The notes under the pieces are model-generated. The model made no database searches. It saw only the letters and a program-made list of their open reading frames with translations, and was not told the origin of the DNA. A DNA stretch of 64,000 nt from Gracilinanus agilis. Taxonomy: Eukaryota. The translations under genes and the position numbers were made by a program. The stretch lies in assembly GCF_016433145.1 (NCBI RefSeq), contig NC_058135.1, positions 165,452,582 to 165,516,581 on the forward strand, given 5' to 3'. Positions 59,991-64,000 of this stretch are shown here, piece after piece (positions within the stretch are counted from its first letter, which is position 1; each line of letters begins with the position of its first letter).

Positions 59991-62888
59991 CGTCTCTCTC
60001 CTCTCTTTCTGTCCCTTTTTATCTGAATTTTTCTGAAATAGGTCTTCATTTTTTTTTGTCTCCTGATAAAACTTGATTTGAAAATTCTCATATTCCTGGT
60101 CTTATAACTTTTCCCCCTCTTAAACTAAAACCGTGGCCTTAGAGGCCACAGACTAATTCAGTCTACCCGAATCACACCTTAGCATCCCATGTTCTCACAT
60201 TGTCAGATTCTTCTTTCTATCTAGGGAGGGGATTTGATTGAAAGAGATTGGTAGAGCCAGGCTGGGCTCATTGAACTAAGCCATAGCAAGGAGGGGAGAA
60301 TAGGACAGGTGAAAGCACAGCATATCCTTTTTCCTTCCTGAAGGTATGTCAGGTCATGAGTCTTGAGCTGGAGAATCACCACTGTTCTTGTTGCTCCATC
60401 ATGCCCTGAGGGTGCCTAGGAGGCTATACCTCTTCCCCTTCACTCAATCCCAATAAGAGAATCCACGAGAAGGCACTAGGAAGCCAAAGATGCCTTTAAA
60501 GGGGCTCATCTGAAGTTATGAAAAAAGAGAAGCTGGTTCAATTTTTTAGTTTGTATTTAGACACCGTACATACCCTAGAGGAGTTGAAGGGAGATGGAAG
60601 GACCATTAGGTCCTTAGGGGAGCTGTACTACCATGCTGGGAACTAAATAGTGTTTTCAACTGATATACTCTAGGATAGAGATTCTTATCTTTGGAACTGT
60701 AGATTTCAGGGGTTTCATGAGCTTGAATGAGAAAAAGATTATGTCCTTATTTTAGCATAATGGATTTCCTCTACTTTCCTATATATTTTATTTTGGTGCA
60801 CCAAAAATATTCTGAGAAAGGATTTATAATTGACAGAATGCCAAAGGGTTTCATGAGACAAAAAGAATAAGACTATTACTAAAAAATTTCTCTGAACAGT
60901 ATTTTACATTTTGCTACAGAAATGACCAAATGGCAATTTGGATTTTTTGAGGATTGGAAGCCAGAATGTGGTTAGAAACAAATATGTGAATAGGAATGTT
61001 TTTAAAGTCAAGCAGAGTTTTAAAAATCTATGCTTAAATGTGACTACCTAGTGTGCTAGTTCCCATTTTCTCTCCTAATTTGGGATTTTATATCCCAGTG
61101 GATTATTATTAGAACTTCTATAATCATTGTTTAATACTGATTGTGCACATAGGCATTGTAAAGACTGCATGTTATACAGGACCCCTCTTCAGATTTAATC
61201 AGCTCTGGAGTAAAGGAAGATAGAAAATGAACCCCAATAGATGTCTTTTGAATGGCCCCAAATAGTCTATTGCATACCTCTTTTCACAAAGCAATAAAAG
61301 AACACAGCTTGACCATTTTCTGTGGCAGTTATCTGGAAGAGTTGTGTAGAATGATCCTATGCAAGGACTTCTATAATAAAGAGCATTTGGCTTTCAAACT
61401 GAGTATCTCTGAGTTTTATATTTGCAATTCAGAATGAAAATTTGAGATTTGGATAGCCAAAAAATAAAAATCAATATCCCTGGTTTTTGCAATGAATAAT
61501 TAACATTAATTCAATTCTATATTCATTGAGTGACTGCTATACCCAAGAAGCACACTGCTAGGTACCATAAGGGACAGAAAAAGAGGATGGGACTTGGTTC
61601 TTACTCTGAACAAGTTAGGAGAGAGGACTTAACTACTTTAAACTTCTTACAGGAAAGCATATTAATGAAAAGGCTGAGTAAATGGAAGTTCGAGGAACCA
61701 ATGACCAAATTTAACTTTTAAAAGCACTCTTTAAAACAGATTATTAGGAGATGTCCATAACATAAGAACAGTAATTTTCCAGCTGTTAGCATCATTGTTC
61801 CAAAGCTGTAACAGACTATATCAATGGAAATAATTTGATGAATAAACAGTATCTTACTGAACAGATGCTAATGACCCCTGGGATCACTGGGTAGGACATT
61901 CACTTTGATTCATTTTTCCAAAAGAAATGATGACTTTCTGATGTTAAGTTAATGTTCTCTCCCTGAGGATCCACTTGTGACCCAGCGAGGTAAAATTTCA
62001 GAATGGCAAATAAGGGTTAGGACTACTGTCTGTAGCAAAGAAACCAAAGCTAACTGACCCAAGCTACAATCCAGCTTGTGATCTTGCCCTCATTAGTATC
62101 ATACAGTCAGCTATGGACGTGAGCAGTCAAGATGGTGTTCTTAAGTAGCCAAAATGCATTCTATTATAGGTCAGAACCCTTAAACTTCAAAGGTCTGTCC
62201 AAACTGTTTTTCTTGTACTAGAATTTTATCGTACTAATTATTTTTTAAGTTAAACAGACCATCTGCTGGGGTCATAGCATCTTTTTTTGTAGTTGTTGTT
62301 AATGGAAAATTTTCTTTGTAATGATTTTATTGTAAAGGGATTTTTAGGAGTAAATTACATGCTTGAGGGACATATAAATTTGAGATGATTGGGGAACATT
62401 TTAGTAGATTATTTTTCTGGACATTAACCTGGTAACCAAAAAGAGTTAATGTTGATCTTTTTGTACCCCCCCCCCACCTTCTACTATTAGAACTTAGAGA
62501 TATTGAATTAGTTTTAACTTCTTGAGTTGCTGCCTATCTCTGTCATATAAAGAAACAGTCAAGTTAATTGCATGTAATCTATATCTAAACTGATAAATCA
62601 TCTATTCATCATATTTTTCTGAGTATGCCTTGGCAAGTATGATATGTGTTTTTACCTTATGATGTATAATTTGTTTGTAAAATATTTGTGTTATTTTCTT
62701 CTTCCAATTGCCATTTTGAATAGTTGTGTTCATTTTAATTTTTTTCTTCCTCTTCTCTTCTATCTCCCCTTCATTCCCACTCAAAGAAAATAGATGCTCA
62801 AGCTATTGAAGAGTTCTATGGCCTGACATCCGATATATCAAAAAATTCAGAGTCTGGATATATTTTATTCTATCAATCAAGAGAATGA
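181..62888 (+). CDS. USP46: USP46 ubiquitin carboxyl-terminal hydrolase 46, spliced CDS of 9 exons, 366 aa
   Basis: Exon lengths 36+81+214+230+77+84+198+79+102=1101 nt join in frame with matching phases. Translation [51 protein letters not shown]...[10 protein letters not shown] is recognised as USP46 (USP12 begins MEILMTVSKF instead). Cys box C44, His box H313/D329 and zinc CLNC/CETC are present. Confidence 0.97.
3096..3110 (+). CDS. USP46: Alternative 5' coding exon (MNCFQ), phase 0, splices to exon 2
   Basis: ATG AAT TGT TTT CAG followed by donor CAG|gtaggt at 3111; phase matches exon 2. From memory, a shorter human USP46 isoform starts MNCFQGTNAS (not verified here). Confidence 0.7.
4086..4332 (+). 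mobile_element. Mar1-type CORE-RTE SINE
   Basis: tRNA-like head, CORE (gcctcagtttcctcatc), RTE tail (atggcaaaccactccag...aacaac). Confidence 0.8.
5054..5986. mobile_element. LTR-like element with 231/228-bp inverted arms (5054-5284 and 5759-5986) and a 474-bp spacer
   Basis: Arms are reverse complements with 2 substitutions and one 3-nt indel; termini TGTTGTG...CACAACA; minus strand carries ATTAAA/TATAAA and ends near CTGACA at about 5296; no TSD found. Confidence 0.75.
6295..6452 (-). mobile_element. Old SINE1_Mdo-like SINE, diverged
   Basis: Antisense head (ctacctaactacccc) and 3' segment (taccttt...agaagggcaagggctagacaattgg). Confidence 0.65.
6461..6579 (-). mobile_element. 5'-truncated L1 3' end with 11-bp TSD CCCAGTCAATA
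   Basis: TSD at 6450-6460 and 6580-6590; poly-T tail and L1 3'UTR motif. Confidence 0.8.
6730..6985 (-). mobile_element. Mar1/RTE-tailed SINE
   Basis: gttgttgttcagtc... RTE tail antisense, CORE antisense. Confidence 0.7.
7663..7713. repeat. (TG)n microsatellite, interrupted
   Basis: Direct reading. Confidence 0.95.
9317..9472. other. Assembly gap (156 N)
   Basis: Run of N. Confidence 0.99.
14682..14873 (-). mobile_element. SINE1_Mdo-like SINE
   Basis: Antisense head cctagctgccccc, antisense 3' end cttactttctgtcttagaatc. Confidence 0.8.
15690..15894 (-). mobile_element. Young SINE1_Mdo-type SINE with TSD TGTTCTTT
   Basis: Full antisense body; TGTTCTTT at 15682-15689 and 15895-15902. Confidence 0.9.
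16146..16175. repeat. (TG)n microsatellite
   Basis: Direct reading. Confidence 0.9.
17805..18300 (+). mobile_element. L1 ORF2 C-terminus and 3'UTR remnant
   Basis: Translation [13 protein letters not shown]...[12 protein letters not shown] is the typical L1 ORF2 end. Confidence 0.85.
21470..22092 (+). mobile_element. Mar1-type SINE interrupted by an L1 insertion
   Basis: Head at 21470-21515; CORE and RTE tail resume at 21924-22092. Confidence 0.75.
21527..21923 (-). mobile_element. Young L1 3' end with (TTTA)n tail and 11-bp TSD GATACTTTTTA
   Basis: TSD at 21516-21526 and 21924-21934. Confidence 0.85.
22403..22591 (+). mobile_element. Young SINE1_Mdo-type SINE with 10-bp TSD AAAAATCACA
   Basis: Intact A/B boxes (tagctcagtgg; ggttcaaacc), A tail, TSD at 22393-22402 and 22592-22601. 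Confidence 0.93.
22975..23215 (+). mobile_element. L3/CR1 3' remnant
   Basis: ggatgtttagtctggagaggagaagactgagg...ttcaaatattt pattern. Confidence 0.7.
23640..23970 (+). mobile_element. L1 ORF2 end / 3'UTR remnant
   Basis: [19 protein letters not shown] translation. Confidence 0.85.
24881..25078. mobile_element. Old non-autonomous hAT-type MITE
   Basis: Degenerate TIRs cggagattcttaacct / aggttaagaatacctg (13/16); no TSD; related decayed copies near 10470-10630, 31980-32110, 58740-58925, 60705-60870. Confidence 0.6.
26591..26776. mobile_element. hAT MITE, 186 bp, TSD TCTTAGAG
   Basis: TIR CAGGGGTCGGCAAC / CAGGTGTTGGCAAC (12/14); perfect 8-bp TSD at 26583-26590 and 26777-26784. Confidence 0.92.
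27264..27344 (+). CDS. USP46: USP46 exon 2 ([27 protein letters not shown]), 81 nt
   Basis: Acceptor tttctttctccag, donor AAT|gtgagt. Confidence 0.97.
27432..27659 (-). mobile_element. SINE1_Mdo-type SINE with 14-bp TSD ATTGCTTGATTTTC
   Basis: TSD at 27418-27431 and 27660-27673. Confidence 0.9.
29095..29270 (-). mobile_element. SINE1_Mdo-like SINE
   Basis: aaacccttagcttctgtcttagaatc...cactgagcta antisense. Confidence 0.75.
30545..30980 (-). mobile_element. L3/CR1 3' remnant
   Basis: ttgaagtatttgaagacagctatcatgtcccctctc...cttctccaggctaaac antisense pattern. Confidence 0.7.
31290..31503 (+). CDS. USP46: USP46 exon 3 (FGNTCYCNS...RLRKEN), 214 nt; catalytic Cys44 codon at 31302-31304
   Basis: Acceptor ttcctttggcag, donor ATG|gtgagt; USP Cys box. 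Confidence 0.97.
32384..32422. repeat. (TG)n(CG)n alternating purine-pyrimidine tract
   Basis: Direct reading. Confidence 0.9.
36183..36412 (+). CDS. USP46: USP46 exon 4 ([14 protein letters not shown]...CLNCET), 230 nt
   Basis: Poly-T acceptor ...ttttcag, donor ACT|gtaagc; QQDAHEF box. Confidence 0.97.
36794..36992 (-). mobile_element. Young SINE1_Mdo-type SINE
   Basis: Full antisense body; probable TSD ATTTATCTTT at 36784-36793 and 36999-37008. Confidence 0.88.
37101..37313 (+). mobile_element. SINE1_Mdo-type SINE with internal 12-bp tandem duplication (atgtgattaggt)
   Basis: gggggcagctagatggctcagtgg head; gaaggtaagggttt end; AAAC tail. Confidence 0.85.
39690..41950 (-). mobile_element. 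Long L2 LINE remnant (ORF2 endonuclease to RT region)
   Basis: Minus-strand decayed ORFs ([13 protein letters not shown]; [11 protein letters not shown]; [11 protein letters not shown]) typical of L2. Confidence 0.8.
41971..42020. repeat. (CAT)n trinucleotide repeat, about 15 units
   Basis: Direct reading. Confidence 0.95.
43036..43401 (-). mobile_element. Internal L2 fragment inside L1, paralogous to about 40945-41320
   Basis: Shared blocks such as acatagagattaaaggttagtgagggagtggg and tttgccttggcaaagagaagggccat; GTTCCA on both flanks. Confidence 0.75.
43581..43784. mobile_element. hAT MITE, 204 bp, perfect 16-bp TIR CAGTGATGGGCAAACT, TSD CTCTAAAC
   Basis: TIR identical at both ends; TSD at 43573-43580 and 43785-43792. 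Confidence 0.95.
43855..44081 (-). mobile_element. Young L1 3' end with 17-bp TSD TGAAATTCCT(G/A)TCCTTT
   Basis: TSD at 43838-43854 and 44082-44098, one mismatch. Confidence 0.8.
44262..44460 (-). mobile_element. SINE1_Mdo-like SINE
   Basis: Antisense body ending ccacctgactgcccc. Confidence 0.8.
45842..45918 (+). CDS. USP46: USP46 exon 5 ([26 protein letters not shown]), 77 nt, GC donor
   Basis: Acceptor tctttctgcag; donor AAG|gcaagt (GC-AG intron) is needed to keep frame with exon 6. Confidence 0.93.
46772..47088 (-). pseudogene. Full-length 7SL (SRP RNA) retrocopy, P7SL_MD-like
   Basis: Reverse complement matches 7SL: ctactgaggaggctgag, cttgagctcaggagttctg, actaag...caatatggtga, ccaggttgc, ggtcagaaatggag, gagacccaatctc, then an A-rich tail; S domain retained; CpGs decayed. 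Confidence 0.85.
48395..48650 (+). mobile_element. Mar1-type CORE-RTE SINE
   Basis: Head, CORE and RTE tail (aatggcaaaccac...tgactgaaatgact). Confidence 0.8.
49830..50780 (-). mobile_element. L1 3'UTR/ORF2-end remnants
   Basis: Minus-strand [15 protein letters not shown]...; typical L1 3'UTR segments. Confidence 0.7.
51955..52150 (+). mobile_element. SINE1_Mdo-like SINE
   Basis: ggttcaaatctggcctcaga...gaaggtaagagttt. Confidence 0.75.
54808..54891 (+). CDS. USP46: USP46 exon 6 ([27 protein letters not shown]), 84 nt
   Basis: Acceptor tttctctacag, donor AAG|gtgagt; second zinc CxxC. Confidence 0.96.
55130..55760 (-). mobile_element. L3/CR1 3' remnant
   Basis: agaaaattctttcttatgttgagcc...cagcatgacagcccttcaaac antisense pattern. 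Confidence 0.6.
57805..58002 (+). CDS. USP46: USP46 exon 7 ([17 protein letters not shown]...VVVHCG), 198 nt
   Basis: Acceptor atttcctag, donor CAG|gtaaag; LHLKRF motif. Confidence 0.97.
59732..59810 (+). CDS. USP46: USP46 exon 8 ([26 protein letters not shown]), 79 nt; catalytic His313/Asp329
   Basis: Acceptor tttcttttcag, donor GAG|gtcagt; His box. Confidence 0.97.
59844..60020. repeat. Compound (CT)n/(CTGT)n pyrimidine-rich microsatellite just after exon 8
   Basis: (CTGT) about 10 units at 59951-59990 plus CT runs. Confidence 0.93.
61700..62150 (-). mobile_element. Ancient CR1/L3-like RT fragment
   Basis: Minus strand gtgatcccaggggtca...tactgtttattcatc resembles the GVPQGS..LF..FIND RT motif, followed by a decayed ADD-like segment. 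Confidence 0.45.
62787..62888 (+). CDS. USP46: USP46 exon 9 coding part ([33 protein letters not shown])
   Basis: Long pyrimidine tract ending cactcaaag (AAG acceptor); stop TGA at 62886-62888. Confidence 0.95.
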   Translation, partial: KIDAQAIEEFYGLTSDISKNSESGYILFYQSRE

Positions 62889-64000
62889 CTTGAAGAATTA
62901 CAGAACTGCTTTTAAGTGGGACAGTGGAATAGAGCCCACTCTGATCTGGCTTCTCCGCAGATTGATCACCTTCCTTCTTAATGGCCCACCAGTGACGTAC
63001 CCTGAGCCTAAATAGTCTAACTGTGTTAGGCTGTTGCCCCCTTTCCCTTCACCCCTCCCATTTTGATATGCAGCACTTTTGGTTTTATTTCCGTCAGAGA
63101 TAGAATTAAATGTTATCCAATTGTAGTAAGATTTACATGAATAACATTTACAGATTTTTAGGATTGAGTCAACACTATGCCATCTGCTGCCTCCCAGTGA
63201 ACTAGAGTAATGTTTTCTACAAAAGGCCATCTTCTCTTTTGGGGCTTTTTACTGAACTTTGTAAATGGCTTCAGGGGTCAATTTTGACGCATTCCTCTTA
63301 ATTGTGTAACTCAGAGGCTCTACCGCTCTCCATTTTTAGCTCATAAGCCAAGTTTTCTATAGAGTAGGCTTAAAGAATTGGTTAGATTTCATGCCCTCCA
63401 GGGCTGAAACTCTAGCTTTAAGTTGAAAAACTTGTAGAAGTGAGTAACCTCAATACTAAAAATAGCCTCAAAGTAGGGGAATGGGGTATAGAGCTTATTA
63501 TAGTGACATTAGTGTTAGCCCTTTTGGCATTGGAACCAGCCATTGAAGTTCAAGGGCCCAACAAGGTATGGTATTAAAGGTAGGTGAAAGGAAGAAGAAG
63601 AAGAAACAGAAGAGAAGTTCTGGATGATGGGAAGGTCCTTATCTTAAAGATAAACTTAATGAAGTTTCAGTACCACAAAAATTTCCTCTTATCAGACCCT
63701 TGGGGAATATCTCACCCTACTAATCTTTTCAGGGTAATTTTTCAATTGATTCTGCGATACTTTCTACAGTAGTGGGGGTAAAACAAGCAAGTAAACACCT
63801 GGCCCCACTCCCCCAAATCATTTAGTACCGGCATAACCTGTATGTCATGGGACTAAACAGGGAATCACGTTTTTATAGTTATCCAGTCCTATTATGTGAC
63901 TGTTAGTAATTTTTATTTTTCAGTTAGTTTACAGAGGCCCTGGCAAATGTCAGGGTTAATAAAGAACTGTTCCCTAGGGGGAATACTGGAAATAACTAAG
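62889..64000 (+). other. USP46: USP46 3' UTR (probably continues beyond the window)
   Basis: Follows the stop codon; no clear TE seen; AATAAA at 63958-63963 lacks an obvious GU-rich downstream element. Confidence 0.7.

Noticed and set aside
59688-60091. ORFs with VCLS/RQTD repeats
   Set aside because: Translations of the microsatellite; only 59732-59810 is coding.
1-64000. CRISPR arrays, rRNA, intact tRNA genes, or a second protein-coding gene on the minus strand
   Set aside because: None seen; tRNA-like boxes belong to SINE heads and minus-strand ORFs match decayed L1/L2.

Overview
Marsupial genomic DNA, most likely a didelphid opossum (Monodelphis/Gracilinanus-like), judged from SINE1_Mdo-type SINEs, Mar1 CORE-RTE SINEs, L1/L2/L3 remnants and strong CpG depletion. 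The window holds one protein-coding gene on the + strand: USP46 (USP12/USP46-family deubiquitinase). It has 9 coding exons: 181-216, 27264-27344, 31290-31503, 36183-36412, 45842-45918, 54808-54891, 57805-58002, 59732-59810 and 62787-62888. These sum to 1101 nt (366 aa + TGA), with intact Cys44/His313/Asp329 and a CxxC...CxxC zinc site. Intron 5 is GC-AG, the last acceptor is AAG, and an alternative 5' coding exon (MNCFQ, 3096-3110) lies in intron 1. The most interesting signals are: (1) a 5' end with two strong-Kozak uORFs, a weak-Kozak annotated start, and a strong-Kozak in-frame Met12 that would expose an MGxxxS N-myristoylation motif; (2) a nearly perfect 230-bp inverted repeat of LTR-like sequence in intron 1; (3) a tail-less internal L2 segment apparently copied into an L1 about 2 kb away; (4) a full-length 7SL retrocopy; (5) young hAT MITEs with perfect 8-bp TSDs. 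Gene and family names come from recognition and memory, not database searches. Repeat boundaries without TSDs are approximate.
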